Virus record (IMG/VR): IMGVR_UViG_3300042199_000161
Location: 1 to 35,098 of that record
DNA: 35,098 nucleotides
DNA from: a virus
Taxonomy: Duplodnaviria > Caudoviricetes
Strand: one strand, 5' to 3'
Shown: piece by piece, positions 7,797 to 17,644 of the stretch
How positions within the stretch are numbered: the first letter of the stretch is position 1
Layout: every line of letters begins with the position of its first letter
Made by a program: the position numbers and the translations under genes
The notes under the pieces: model-generated
The model's input: only the letters and a program-made list of their open reading frames with translations
What the model was told of the DNA's origin: nothing
The model's database searches: none

Positions 7797-8987
7797 GTGG
7801 ATTTCATCGACACTTATGTGGCGTTCACAGACGAACGCCCCTCGCCAGAACTTTTCCGCAAGTGGGCCGCTATCACCACGTTATCCGGCGCTCTCGAAAA
7901 ACGTGTCTGGACCAAGACCAAAGCAGGCCCGCAATACGCAAACCTCTACACAATGCTCGTCGCCCCGCCGGGAGTTGGTAAATCACAAGCCATTAACCCC
8001 TCCGAACAGTTGCTCAAGGCTACGAAGAAGTTTGCGATTGCACCAAACAGCGTCACGGCTGCTTCGTATATTGATGCTCTGACAAACGCCGCAAGGATCA
8101 AACTAAAACCAAACAACTCCGGCACTTTGACCTACCATCACCTTTTTGTGTTCGCCGCAGAGCTAGGCGTCTTTATCAACTCCCACGATCTAAACTTCCT
8201 TTCAATCATAAATGAATTGTTCGACCACAAAGAGTCCTATCGAGAAGAACGCAGACACAGCCTCAAAGAGCCGATTGACATTTCAAATCCCATGACCACG
8301 CTCCTGATTGGCTCCCAGCCAGGATTTCTTGCGACCTTGCTCCCAGAGGCCGCTTGGACAATGGGTTGGACCTCTCGAATGCTCATGGTTTATTCATCCA
8401 CCATGCCAGATGTTGCGCTCTTTGGTGAATACAAAAACATGGACTCTCTGCAAAAGAAACTCGTCGCCAAGTTAAACGACTGCGCGGATTATTATGGTGA
8501 AATGAAATGGGATGCTGCGGCGATTGCGGACATGGAGCGTTGGCGCAAAGACAAATGGGGGCCGATCCCAGACCATCCTAAACTTGCCAACTACGTGCCG
8601 CGCCGGGGGACGATCTTCGCAGTCAAGTTGGCAATGGTTTCCGCTTTGTCGAGGGGCGAGGAACTCGCTATTCGCCTGCAAGATGTCGAACGCGCTCGCG
8701 GTTGGTTGTTAGAGATCGAGGCCCTGATGCCGCAAATCTTCCGCGACATGATTATGCGCTCCGACGACCAAGTGATCGAAGAAACATTCCAATATTTATT
8801 CAGCATGTATATGAAAGCGCGCACACCCATCGCAGGTGCAACAATTTTAAGGTTCTTGTCGCAAAGAACTCCTGCCGAGAAGGCAGAAAAGATTATGTCG
8901 TTGATGGAAAAGTCGGGGATTTTGGAGCGGCAAGCGGGGTCTGAAAATTATGTCCCGCGAGCAAGAGAATTGCATGGGGTGGGATAG
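7797..8987 (+). CDS. P-loop NTPase, DUF3987/YfjI-like (putative replicative helicase)
   Basis: GTG start after AAGGGG; Walker A APPGVGKS; GWTSRML arginine-finger-like motif; follows the polymerase. Confidence 0.65.
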   Translation: MDFIDTYVAFTDERPSPELFRKWAAITTLSGALEKRVWTKTKAGPQYANLYTMLVAPPGVGKSQAINPSEQLLKATKKFAIAPNSVTAASYIDALTNAARIKLKPNNSGTLTYHHLFVFAAELGVFINSHDLNFLSIINELFDHKESYREERRHSLKEPIDISNPMTTLLIGSQPGFLATLLPEAAWTMGWTSRMLMVYSSTMPDVALFGEYKNMDSLQKKLVAKLNDCADYYGEMKWDAAAIADMERWRKDKWGPIPDHPKLANYVPRRGTIFAVKLAMVSALSRGEELAIRLQDVERARGWLLEIEALMPQIFRDMIMRSDDQVIEETFQYLFSMYMKARTPIAGATILRFLSQRTPAEKAEKIMSLMEKSGILERQAGSENYVPRARELHGVG

Positions 8988-8998
8988 ACCCACCCCAT
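8974..8998. terminator. Hairpin at the convergence of the two genome arms
   Basis: ATGGGGTGGG-ataga-CCCACCCCAT, a perfect 10 bp stem; the helicase-like gene's TAG lies in the loop. Confidence 0.65.
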
Positions 8999-9016
8999 AT
9001 TCCCTACAGAGTGGGC

Positions 9017-10129
9017 TTAATACTTCACGCAATATTGAACACCATAGTTTCTCGGACGAGACTCAATTCCACCAGTCGCTTGAATATTCGCAAAGCCTGT
9101 TCCAGAGGTTGCCGGAGTTTGTGTATATCCAGCTCCTCCTTGAAATGTCGGTGTCGCAGATGTGTTTGGAGTTTGGTAAGAATGCGTATGCCCCGCATCT
9201 GTATGTGTATGACTTAGATTTGCAGAGGTTTGATAATCAGCCGAGCCAACAGTCTGAGGTGTTACGGCAACTGCATCAGGCGTTGTAGCACGAGCACCCG
9301 CCGGACCATTCATATTCGAAGCACCTCGAGCAAATACACCACGTAAATCCGGCAACACAACATTACCCGCACTTACGCCCCAAGTTGTCCCAAGCGCCAA
9401 GGTTAATTCGGGGTAGCTTGCCGAACTTTTTGAAGAGCCGTCAGCCGGAAACCATCCATTCGGGCAAGACGCCATCGCAAACATGCGAACTTCTCCCGCA
9501 AACGAATAATTGTTATTGACGATTAGGTGAAACTGCCCCGTAGTCTGCCGATACGTGACGCCGACAACATTGCCAGCAGTAAGTTCTGTGCCGGACAAAA
9601 AGATCGGACCAGCAGGCGTGTCCTTCACAATGGCTGCCGCGCCAATACCATTGATGTTTAAGGTCATCGGGCCGGTATTTGTAAAGCCTGCGACAAAATA
9701 AACAGTTTGCCCGTCAAGCCCTGTAAATGTAGAAGCAGTTAGCGTCTGCACATTCGCAGATCCACCACTAACATTTCCCCATCCCAAGTTTGACGCAGAC
9801 GATGTATCAGACGTGTATTTTGTCCAAACTGTATTTCCTAATTGATCTTTCAAAACCTGGCAATACGCGCCCGAGCCAAACAATGTTGCACGACCGGCAG
9901 CATCCAACACAACAGGATTGGTGTTCAGCACAGTTCCCGCAGAGTCTTGATACGTGTTTTTCAAAACCGTGCAGGTTGGAAAGTTACTGTAAAAGTAAAC
10001 CTTGCCGTTGGCGTAGGGCTTGCCATTCGCGTCGATAAACTGCTGCTGCCCATTCGGCAGCAAAGTCGCGCTCCACAATCCACTCGTGCTCGCAATAAGT
10101 GCCGCGAGGGCTCCTGTTACTTTTTTCAT
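9017..10129 (-). CDS. Tail fibre protein with P22-like virion-binding N-domain and tail-collar domain, preceded by a signal-peptide-like leader
   Basis: LLPNGQQQFIDANGKP...GKVYFY...TYQD...NTNPVVLDAAGRA anchor domain; GEVRMFA...PNGWFPADG...PDLRGVFARG...ESRPRN...YCVKY collar. GGAG RBS and ATGA overlap fix the start. Confidence 0.8.
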   Translation of the reverse strand: MKKVTGALAALIASTSGLWSATLLPNGQQQFIDANGKPYANGKVYFYSNFPTCTVLKNTYQDSAGTVLNTNPVVLDAAGRATLFGSGAYCQVLKDQLGNTVWTKYTSDTSSASNLGWGNVSGGSANVQTLTASTFTGLDGQTVYFVAGFTNTGPMTLNINGIGAAAIVKDTPAGPIFLSGTELTAGNVVGVTYRQTTGQFHLIVNNNYSFAGEVRMFAMASCPNGWFPADGSSKSSASYPELTLALGTTWGVSAGNVVLPDLRGVFARGASNMNGPAGARATTPDAVAVTPQTVGSADYQTSANLSHTHTDAGHTHSYQTPNTSATPTFQGGAGYTQTPATSGTGFANIQATGGIESRPRNYGVQYCVKY

Positions 10130-12480
10130 TTCTTTCTCCGAGATTTATAAGTTTCCGCAGCACTTACCGAGCCCGACACGCCGACAGGTCCAGCAAGCAC
10201 GTTATGGAGTGCAGGGGCTTCGCCTTGCATAATCGCACGGCTGTAATAAGGCTGGGTTAGCATATGATGTTTAGCTGCTTCAAAGCCTTTGGCCCCGCCG
10301 TAACGCATGGCCGCAAGCGCCGCTCCACCGGCAGCCGCAGACCAAGGACTAAAGCCGATTTGAGAAAGAGCCGCCGCCCCTAAGTCACTCATAAATCCAG
10401 CAGCAGCAGGCGCAGCAGCAGCACCGGCAATTTGCACCATCGGATTTTCCCAAAACTTTTGTTTTTGTTGAGGACCAGGAATTATTGGCATACCCTTTTC
10501 ATCTACACTGAACATCAACTTGCCTATCTCTTGCAACTCCTGTTCGGCCCCAGCAGCTTGTCTATTCTCAGCAGCATTTGCAAACTTTACGGGGTCTAAG
10601 ATGCCAGATTCTGTTGCAGCTTCTTCTGCCATTGATGCAGTTTTATACATCCGTCTGGCTTCTCGCCAAGCGTCAGCCTTGCCAGGAATTGTCGCCCCTT
10701 CAAACACCTTATCAGCAATGCGCTGAAGTTGGGTGTTATAAAACTGGTAAAGCGAGTTACTTGTCGGCGGCAGCCCGTGGTTAATCGTGCCATTTTTCTG
10801 CACCAGATCTTGAATTAAATCTCCTGTTAACCCTTTTTGAAACACAGTAGAATCTACATTGGCAATAGTCCTCAGAATTTTATTCTGATCTGCAGGATCA
10901 ATGCCAGATGTAATAACTCGGTGCACCAGCGCATCAATATCTCGCCTAACCTGCCGTCCCAGACCTGAAGTTGTCAGGCTAATCGGAGTGCTTCTGGCAA
11001 TATTACCAATATCCTTTCCGATTACATCAAGTCTGGCATCAATAGCTTTGGGCGTAAATGCTCCTGTATGCCCAAATCGCTCTCCGACAGCCTTGCCAAA
11101 CTCTTTCGCCTGTTTGACGGCAACTTCCGGCGTCAGCAACTTACTTGAAAGCTGCTGCTCGGCAGGCATGTTCGACAACTGCCAAGGCATCAAGGAGATG
11201 TTGTATTTGCCTTGCGCGATTTTTCCGATGTCACGCACAGGTTCTTCGAGGCGAGGAGCCATGGCGGGACCAGCAGCGCCCATCATGTAACGAGCGGCAG
11301 GCTCGGCAAATGCACCCATGCCTGCACCCGTGGCGATCTGTTCGCCAGCCGGGACTTCCGGGTGAACGCCGACATTGAGCGCCGCTTGTGCCGCCCCTTT
11401 GCCCGCGCCGATGGCACCACCACCCACAAGGCGCTCGACCGCACCCACCACCCCCGGCTTTGCGACATACCCACCGCTTGGAAACGGCCCTGCCATGCCC
11501 GGACGATAGGCCGCAAGGCGTTCGACATAGGGAAGGGCCTTCGACACATAGGGAAGCGCCTGTAAGGCTTTGGAACCCAAGAGCGCCGCCCCGGCATAAG
11601 GAGCCGCCGCCGCCAGACCAACACCTTGCGCCACGCCCCCCGCGATTTCCGCCGCAGCACTTCGATACGGATATTCCTGCTCGTAAGCCTTCCGGGCCGC
11701 TTGAACTTGCTGCGTCGTGTAAGGCCCCGTCGCAGCCATTACAGACGGGACCGCGCCCATCGCAACAGCATTCAAAAATTCCTTACCCGCGCCCCACTCA
11801 ACCGGGGGAACAGGCGAAGCCGGAGCGTTGACACTAATTGGCGGAGCCGGATGAGGCACAGTCGCAGGAGTCTCCGGCAACGGTGTCGGCGTCAAACGCT
11901 GCGAGGCACGTTGTTGCAAACGAGCAAAAGCATCTTCTGCCCCCGGCGCACCAGTCGTGACCTCACCCTGCACTTCCGGGTTCAGCCGCTGCGCGGCACG
12001 AGCCTGCAGCCTTTTGAAAAGTTCTTCATCCCCACCAGCAACTTGAACCCCCGGCATGGACCCAGCCTGCTGACCAAGCGCACTCGCCACATATTGTCCA
12101 ACACCCATGTTGATGTCGTGTGCCCCAGCCTTCTGGGCTTGAGCCAAGGGCCTTCCCGAAAACCACACCGACGCAGCATCCTGCAAAGTTCCATATTTGT
12201 GCAGATTGTTAATCATCTGGTTTTCAAACACAGCCTCTTGCGCTTCCGGGCTGTGCAGAAATTCGAAAGGCGTCAGCTTGCGGCCAAGGGCTTGCTCAGT
12301 CCATGACGGAATATTCGCACCCATGACCTGATATTTGCCATAAGCACGATCTGTGGTGCCGCCCTTACGCTTTAGTTCCTCTCCAAGGGCCATATAGTTA
12401 TTACCACTCTCCACTCGCCCGATGCCTTGTTTAAGGGCCTGGAGAGGATTGTAAGAAACATCAAAATTTCTTGCCATCAT
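10126..12480 (-). CDS. Internal virion (ejection) protein with N-terminal lysozyme-like/transglycosylase domain
   Basis: IGRVESGNNY...AYGKYQVM...PEAQEAVF...WFSG; Ala/Gly-rich helical remainder. Start at the ATGA overlap, 12480. Confidence 0.75.
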   Translation of the reverse strand: MMARNFDVSYNPLQALKQGIGRVESGNNYMALGEELKRKGGTTDRAYGKYQVMGANIPSWTEQALGRKLTPFEFLHSPEAQEAVFENQMINNLHKYGTLQDAASVWFSGRPLAQAQKAGAHDINMGVGQYVASALGQQAGSMPGVQVAGGDEELFKRLQARAAQRLNPEVQGEVTTGAPGAEDAFARLQQRASQRLTPTPLPETPATVPHPAPPISVNAPASPVPPVEWGAGKEFLNAVAMGAVPSVMAATGPYTTQQVQAARKAYEQEYPYRSAAAEIAGGVAQGVGLAAAAPYAGAALLGSKALQALPYVSKALPYVERLAAYRPGMAGPFPSGGYVAKPGVVGAVERLVGGGAIGAGKGAAQAALNVGVHPEVPAGEQIATGAGMGAFAEPAARYMMGAAGPAMAPRLEEPVRDIGKIAQGKYNISLMPWQLSNMPAEQQLSSKLLTPEVAVKQAKEFGKAVGERFGHTGAFTPKAIDARLDVIGKDIGNIARSTPISLTTSGLGRQVRRDIDALVHRVITSGIDPADQNKILRTIANVDSTVFQKGLTGDLIQDLVQKNGTINHGLPPTSNSLYQFYNTQLQRIADKVFEGATIPGKADAWREARRMYKTASMAEEAATESGILDPVKFANAAENRQAAGAEQELQEIGKLMFSVDEKGMPIIPGPQQKQKFWENPMVQIAGAAAAPAAAGFMSDLGAAALSQIGFSPWSAAAGGAALAAMRYGGAKGFEAAKHHMLTQPYYSRAIMQGEAPALHNVLAGPVGVSGSVSAAETYKSRRKK

Positions 12481-13937
12481 TCTTCTCCCTTCGGCCCTTC
12501 GTATTTGTAAAGCTGCGGGTGGCGCTTCACATGCTCGAACCACTCTTTTTCAAACCGCACCGCATCCCTGCCGTGAGGCGTATGACCAAGTTCTGCAGTA
12601 TAATCTTCAAGAAAGTTCGCACGTTCCTGCACGATCTTATTCAGCTTGGTCATGTATTTATAGATTTCCTGAATGCCCTGTGGCGAAGTCCGCAGACCAA
12701 CAAGCGCATCTTGGAAAGTCTTGAACTCAGTATTTGTAAGTTTGTTTGCGGAGCCCATGGCCGTGCGAAGCGCCTCGGTTTTTTGGATGATCGCTTGCTT
12801 ATCAAACGCCTCCATAGTGCCGATAACTTTTGCAGCTTCTTTCGGGTCTTTCGTGCCAAGCACAGCATTAAGCGCGCCGCTCGTATCCTGCGGATCAAAG
12901 AACAGCGCGGCTTTTGCCAGCTGGAGTTGTTCCGGGCTGAACGTGCCAGTCCGATACCCCATGCTTTTCAGCTTCCCTTCCATGTCCTCAATCTGCATCA
13001 TGCTGGCGGTCGCATTCTGCGCCCCTTCCTGCACTTCACCACGCAGTTTGTTCCATGCGTCGGTCTGGCCCTTGATCGCTTCCGCTTCACCAGCCGGAAG
13101 TCCCGTCGCCACACTACGTCCAGCATAGTCGGCAGCAGGGAGAGCCGAGGGTGACTCTCCCTGCCTACTTGCGGTGCCAGGAGGAGCCGACCCTACACCA
13201 ACAAGATTTCCACGAGCAGCCTGACGCTTCATCCATTCCGAACGCGGAATGGTCGTCGGCACGTATTCACCAGTATTCGGATCGTATTCGACCACGTTCA
13301 CAGGCTCAGTCATCATCTTAAACTTTTCCATCGCCTGCGTCGTCGCAGCACGACCAGCTTCCGATCCCGCCAATGCGTTCTTCACAAACTGCGACGGCAT
13401 TACACCGCCTTTTTGCTGCAGCTGCTGATAGTTAAGAACTTGCTGCGTTGCCCAGTTGCGCGGCTTGCCAGCCGCTATACCGATCTGTGCAAAGGCTCCG
13501 AAGATTTTGCCATTGGCGTCAGGCGAATTATCACGCACGTCCGGGTCATCAGCGAGGCCAGCCATGGCTTTTGCGGTGAAGTCTAATTCTTTCGCCTGCG
13601 CCTCAAGCTGCTGATTATGCCGCTGCGCGTCAACAAGGCCCATGTTAAGAGCCTGCTGCGCCAGATCAACATATCCCAAAGCGGCATCTGGGAGCTGTGC
13701 CGCCATGCCCAACAATTTGTGCATGTCAACTTCGCCCGTCGCAGGGTCCAGAGCATGTTGCGCCAGCACACCAATGGCCCGCTTCGATCTATTTACAAGT
13801 TCCTGCTGCTCAACGGCCTGTTGAACGCGCTGCATTTCTGCGCCACGCAGACCAAGAGCCTGAAATTGCTCCATCTGCTGCAGAGGGTTCGGCGCGCTAT
13901 AGGTCGGAGCCTGCGGATACGGAATACCATCAGCCAT
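12477..13937 (-). CDS. Putative ejection/DNA-transfer protein
   Basis: 486 aa, Gln/Ala-rich and helical; position in a P22-like ejection gene block. Confidence 0.6.
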   Translation of the reverse strand: MADGIPYPQAPTYSAPNPLQQMEQFQALGLRGAEMQRVQQAVEQQELVNRSKRAIGVLAQHALDPATGEVDMHKLLGMAAQLPDAALGYVDLAQQALNMGLVDAQRHNQQLEAQAKELDFTAKAMAGLADDPDVRDNSPDANGKIFGAFAQIGIAAGKPRNWATQQVLNYQQLQQKGGVMPSQFVKNALAGSEAGRAATTQAMEKFKMMTEPVNVVEYDPNTGEYVPTTIPRSEWMKRQAARGNLVGVGSAPPGTASRQGESPSALPAADYAGRSVATGLPAGEAEAIKGQTDAWNKLRGEVQEGAQNATASMMQIEDMEGKLKSMGYRTGTFSPEQLQLAKAALFFDPQDTSGALNAVLGTKDPKEAAKVIGTMEAFDKQAIIQKTEALRTAMGSANKLTNTEFKTFQDALVGLRTSPQGIQEIYKYMTKLNKIVQERANFLEDYTAELGHTPHGRDAVRFEKEWFEHVKRHPQLYKYEGPKGEE

Positions 13938-13948
13938 TTTCTAATTCC

Positions 13949-14818
13949 TTAGTAGCCGCCAATACCGGGGAGTTGTGGGCCGTAATTCATTGGGTTCATC
14001 TGGCGCGTGGGAGTTCCAGTCCCGAACCAATCGAACAGTCCAGCCGGAGCGCCAGCGGTAGGCGATCCCGTTGAGCCAGGCTGCTGCCGACCAAAATTCG
14101 CAGCAAAATACGGCATAGACACAGCCGAGCCGATGCCGCCGAAAAGCGCATTTGTGCCCTGTGCCGCAGCGTTGCCTGCGCCCATGATGCCCTGCCCCAA
14201 GGCAGTTCCCGCGCCCGTCGCAGCCTGACCAATCATCCCCGCCGCGCCCATTGCCGCATTCGCAATACCGCCCGCCGCAGATGCGCCCAACTGAGACGGA
14301 CCGTAAAGCATGTTATATGCCGTCTGATTTTGCTTTAAGTAATTTTCAAGCTGCTGCTGAAAGGTTTGCGAGGCCATGCCTGTAGCAGTCTGGCCGATTT
14401 GCTGAACCAGATTACCAGAAGTCCCAAGACCTCTTGCGGCACCAGCGTTCGACATCGCACCAAGCGCCTGACTCCGCGCCCACTGATAACCTGGAGTCTG
14501 TTCAAGCTGCGCTTGCGTCGGCTGAAAGGTGGACATCAGGTTTGCACCGCCGCCACCAATGCCAGCTTTCTGCGCCGCATCACCAGTCAGATAAGACTGC
14601 AAAAGATCAAGCGACTTCTGACCGGCAGTGCTGTAGGGCGAAAGGGCCTGCGAGGCGCGCTGATAGCCTTGATCTGCAGCCTGTGCTGCCAGAAAGGAGC
14701 CAAGCCATCCCATCTGCCCAGCAGAACTTGCCGCATTCGCCTGCGTCCGAGAGCCAAACAAACTACCGAGGCCAGAGAGCGCGGTGCCGCCCATCATTGC
14801 TAGTGTTACAGGGTCCAT
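13949..14818 (-). CDS. DNA-transfer/pilot protein (P22 gp7-like position)
   Basis: Gly/Ala-rich; MDPVT...GSLFGS N-terminus, LSPY...G and TPGYQW...AARG motifs typical of podovirus pilot proteins. Confidence 0.7.
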   Translation of the reverse strand: MDPVTLAMMGGTALSGLGSLFGSRTQANAASSAGQMGWLGSFLAAQAADQGYQRASQALSPYSTAGQKSLDLLQSYLTGDAAQKAGIGGGGANLMSTFQPTQAQLEQTPGYQWARSQALGAMSNAGAARGLGTSGNLVQQIGQTATGMASQTFQQQLENYLKQNQTAYNMLYGPSQLGASAAGGIANAAMGAAGMIGQAATGAGTALGQGIMGAGNAAAQGTNALFGGIGSAVSMPYFAANFGRQQPGSTGSPTAGAPAGLFDWFGTGTPTRQMNPMNYGPQLPGIGGY

Positions 14819-14827
14819 ACCGCTCTC

Positions 14828-15079
14828 CTAAATCAGCGTTATGACTTTATAGGTGTTCGCACCTATGGTCAGTGTGTCAATTTGTGTCCAGCCGGGAGGA
14901 GTAATCGCCGCATTCGGCAACAAAACCACCCCCGCCAAGGGCGCACCAGTGGTGCTATCTTCCGTTACCGGGACGCTATTTGCAACCAAAGCGGTGAGCA
15001 AAAGCTGTAATTGTCGGGAAATAGACCCATCCGGCTGTATCAGGTTCTTCAAGGAGTTTGGGACGAGCGCACGAAGCAT
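14828..15079 (-). CDS. Small hypothetical virion-module protein (83 aa)
   Basis: ATG 15079 immediately after the gp10-like stop with GGAG upstream. Confidence 0.6.
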   Translation of the reverse strand: MLRALVPNSLKNLIQPDGSISRQLQLLLTALVANSVPVTEDSTTGAPLAGVVLLPNAAITPPGWTQIDTLTIGANTYKVITLI

Positions 15080-15080
15080 C

Positions 15081-16496
15081 CTACGTCTCCATCTTCTCAA
15101 TATCAATGAACGCCCCGTTCAGCGCCGTCGCCGCTGCGGCAGTCCACGAAAGTTCAAAAACCCGATCTCGAGCAAAGCCCAGTCTATTCCAACTCGGGAT
15201 AGTTTTGTATGCACCAGTCTTGCCCAGCGTTTGCTGCACTCCATTCCCAAAACTCACGCCACGATCATCACTCCAGCGTAAGTTCAAAAAAGGATCAGAC
15301 TCGGGGTCAAGGTCTGTGCCGACTTCAATATCAGCTATAAATTGTTTATAGCTTATACGATCCAGACTGCTCACAAGATGAGGGAACGACCGAAGTTTTA
15401 CAATCGGCTGCCCATCATCGGTATAGGTTTGCAAATTCCAGTCGTAAAGTTTTCCGTTTTGCCAATCACCGCACACAGTCTTGCCGTAAGCAAATGCTAC
15501 GCAATTCGCACGATGTCGGCGCAGATCGCCATTATTATCCAGATAAGCCCGCTCATGCCACAGTTGAGTTGACAAATCATAAACCCAAGTCCTGTCGGCA
15601 GTTGGGAAAGTCAACACATAGAAAATATGGGTGCCTTGCTGATAGCAGAACCCAATCGCATCGTTGATTTCTTCATATCTGCCGATGTCATCAGAAATAG
15701 CAGGTGTGGAGATAACTTCAGCCTTATAGGCCGTCCCCATCATTACCAACGCTTGCCCGTTATTGTCTTGGGACAGGAAGAAAATATTTAAACCCCACTT
15801 TGCCAGCGAACGCATTGCAGCAATACCATGCTGTAAGAAAACACCGGGGATCGGAGAGAACGGAAACGGAAAACCACCGACATTACTCCAGACTTCCGTA
15901 GTTCTTCGGCCAAAACTCCAAATTTCCTTATGCACCACGTCGATAATTTGCAACTGATCAGCATCACCAGACATAGTTGCGACAGACAATGCGGTGTAAG
16001 TTGTGGCGTTTGAGTCACTCGCTTGAATATTGCCATTTTGAGTGCTCGATACCAAAAACGTATCAATATATCTAATTTGATTGCCACCTACAAAGTTTGC
16101 AGGATTAAAAACTGCAAACGCATGAGTTACTAAATCCACGCTCCAGCCATTTGTCGATCCATCTAAAATAATGAGCGAGAATTTATTATCATACATTGAC
16201 ACCATTCCGTTTTGTGTAGCAATGGTGCCAAGAGCAGTTAAAGCAAAAACATCATTCACGAAATAAACAACGTCTCCGATGACCGCAAATAATTCACCAT
16301 TACTCGCGGTGTAAAGCTGACGAACTTCGGCAACAATTCCTTGCGCCAAAGTCGTCAGCCCAGGAGTGCAGTAATGCGTGTAAGGAACTTCCGCATCTTT
16401 CGTATTAAGTTCGGGATACAGATTGATGCAACGCTGGGCATTTGCAATGACCGAACGCGCTTCATATGCACCTTGAACTAACTGGATCTGCGGCAT
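15081..16496 (-). CDS. Tail hub/packaged DNA stabilisation protein (P22 gp10-like)
   Basis: QRCINLYPE...TPGL, TWVYDLSTQLWHER, LRWSDDRG..F, WNRLGFARDRVFEL. Confidence 0.85.
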   Translation of the reverse strand: MPQIQLVQGAYEARSVIANAQRCINLYPELNTKDAEVPYTHYCTPGLTTLAQGIVAEVRQLYTASNGELFAVIGDVVYFVNDVFALTALGTIATQNGMVSMYDNKFSLIILDGSTNGWSVDLVTHAFAVFNPANFVGGNQIRYIDTFLVSSTQNGNIQASDSNATTYTALSVATMSGDADQLQIIDVVHKEIWSFGRRTTEVWSNVGGFPFPFSPIPGVFLQHGIAAMRSLAKWGLNIFFLSQDNNGQALVMMGTAYKAEVISTPAISDDIGRYEEINDAIGFCYQQGTHIFYVLTFPTADRTWVYDLSTQLWHERAYLDNNGDLRRHRANCVAFAYGKTVCGDWQNGKLYDWNLQTYTDDGQPIVKLRSFPHLVSSLDRISYKQFIADIEVGTDLDPESDPFLNLRWSDDRGVSFGNGVQQTLGKTGAYKTIPSWNRLGFARDRVFELSWTAAAATALNGAFIDIEKMET

Positions 16497-16512
16497 CTTA
16501 CACCTTTTGCCT

Positions 16513-16908
16513 TTAGGCAGTTAGCAGCGAGAACCAAACGCCATTCGTCGCGGCGACAAACAACACAGTTTTAGCTGACGCAACGCTAATGCCAGTTGCA
16601 CCAGCCGTGCCGTTGATCGTGTCCGAACCGTTCGCAAACACCTGCACCGCGTCCGCCGCATCAGCGTTACGCAGCCAAACAACGCTGCCCGCTACCGCTT
16701 TGGGGAGAACAACGCTGTCAGCCGCCGTAGCGACAGTCGTAACTGTGTTCGCACCGAGCACCAAAATAGGTGTAGAAGAATTGCGCGCACCGCCAGCCAA
16801 AGCAGTGATACCGTAATTCGTCTGCAACATCGGAGTAGCAAGGATCGTATTAAGCGCGTCATCGTCCGCAAGACGCTGGCCGGGCTGGAGTCTCTGGGGA
16901 GTTGCCAT
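16513..16908 (-). CDS. Small virion protein; stand-alone copy of a module also found in two fibre genes
   Basis: GQRLAD...LN...ALAGG...SVVLPKAVAG...VFANGSDTING is similar to the tailspike N-terminus. Confidence 0.7.
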   Translation of the reverse strand: MATPQRLQPGQRLADDDALNTILATPMLQTNYGITALAGGARNSSTPILVLGANTVTTVATAADSVVLPKAVAGSVVWLRNADAADAVQVFANGSDTINGTAGATGISVASAKTVLFVAATNGVWFSLLTA

Positions 16909-16912
16909 TGTA

Positions 16913-17641
16913 TTACCTCGTCTGGTCGGAGTAAATGTTGTAAACGCCCGGACGGACCAGATTATCCGGCATTACAAGGGACGGGATTTGCGCGTTTGCA
17001 GAACGTAGTGTCTGCATCGCATCTGCCGCAAGGCCACTATATCCAATGTCCTCTGGCATACGATAAGCAGCGCGCAAGCGCACCACCATGTTGTAATGCA
17101 GCGCGGCCAGATATTCTGGGGGAAAGTCGAACGTGGATGTTAAGTCCGCAAATTCACTCAGCACTTCTTTCAGAATAATATGCACTTCGTAAAGATTTGC
17201 TTGCGGGATCGGCCACGGATAAATCTTGCCCAGAGGATAGGCACTATCATAAAAGATACACTGAGAAAACGATACCAAACTTTTCAGTGTAATTCTCGCA
17301 TAATCCTCATAAGAAAAGAGGATCTGCAAAGGATAGTCCACAGATTGTGTGCCCGTGGACCCCGGCAACATTCTGAAAAAAGCACTTTCGAGTTTATCCG
17401 GTCGCCACGAGACATTTATATCACCGCCGGGGCCGACCGTGTAACTCTGCGCCCCCGTGCTAACTACGCTCTTATCCACAAGATGCCACACAAGCCAGCG
17501 TTTAACACGCCACTGTGCAATCATCATATTCATGCGGGTGAGCGCATCGTTATAATCTTCGGGGAGCAATGACTGCCCGACACCGAGAATACCAGCGTCC
17601 TTAAACGCAAGGGTTATGATGTCTAAGGCAGTCGTTGCCAT
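16913..17641 (-). CDS. Head-tail adaptor (P22 gp4-like)
   Basis: TTALDIITLAFKDAGILGVGQ...DALTRMNMMIAQW, FPPEY..AL.YN; position after the coat gene. Confidence 0.8.
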   Translation of the reverse strand: MATTALDIITLAFKDAGILGVGQSLLPEDYNDALTRMNMMIAQWRVKRWLVWHLVDKSVVSTGAQSYTVGPGGDINVSWRPDKLESAFFRMLPGSTGTQSVDYPLQILFSYEDYARITLKSLVSFSQCIFYDSAYPLGKIYPWPIPQANLYEVHIILKEVLSEFADLTSTFDFPPEYLAALHYNMVVRLRAAYRMPEDIGYSGLAADAMQTLRSANAQIPSLVMPDNLVRPGVYNIYSDQTR

Positions 17642-17644
17642 GGG

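Noticed and set aside
9017-9500. Diversity-generating retroelement target in the fibre C-terminus
   Set aside because: No reverse transcriptase and no template/variable repeat pair seen in the window.
11525-11556. ACATAGGGAAG repeated at 21-nt spacing
   Set aside because: An in-frame micro-duplication (ALPYV twice) inside the ejection protein; two copies only, not an array.
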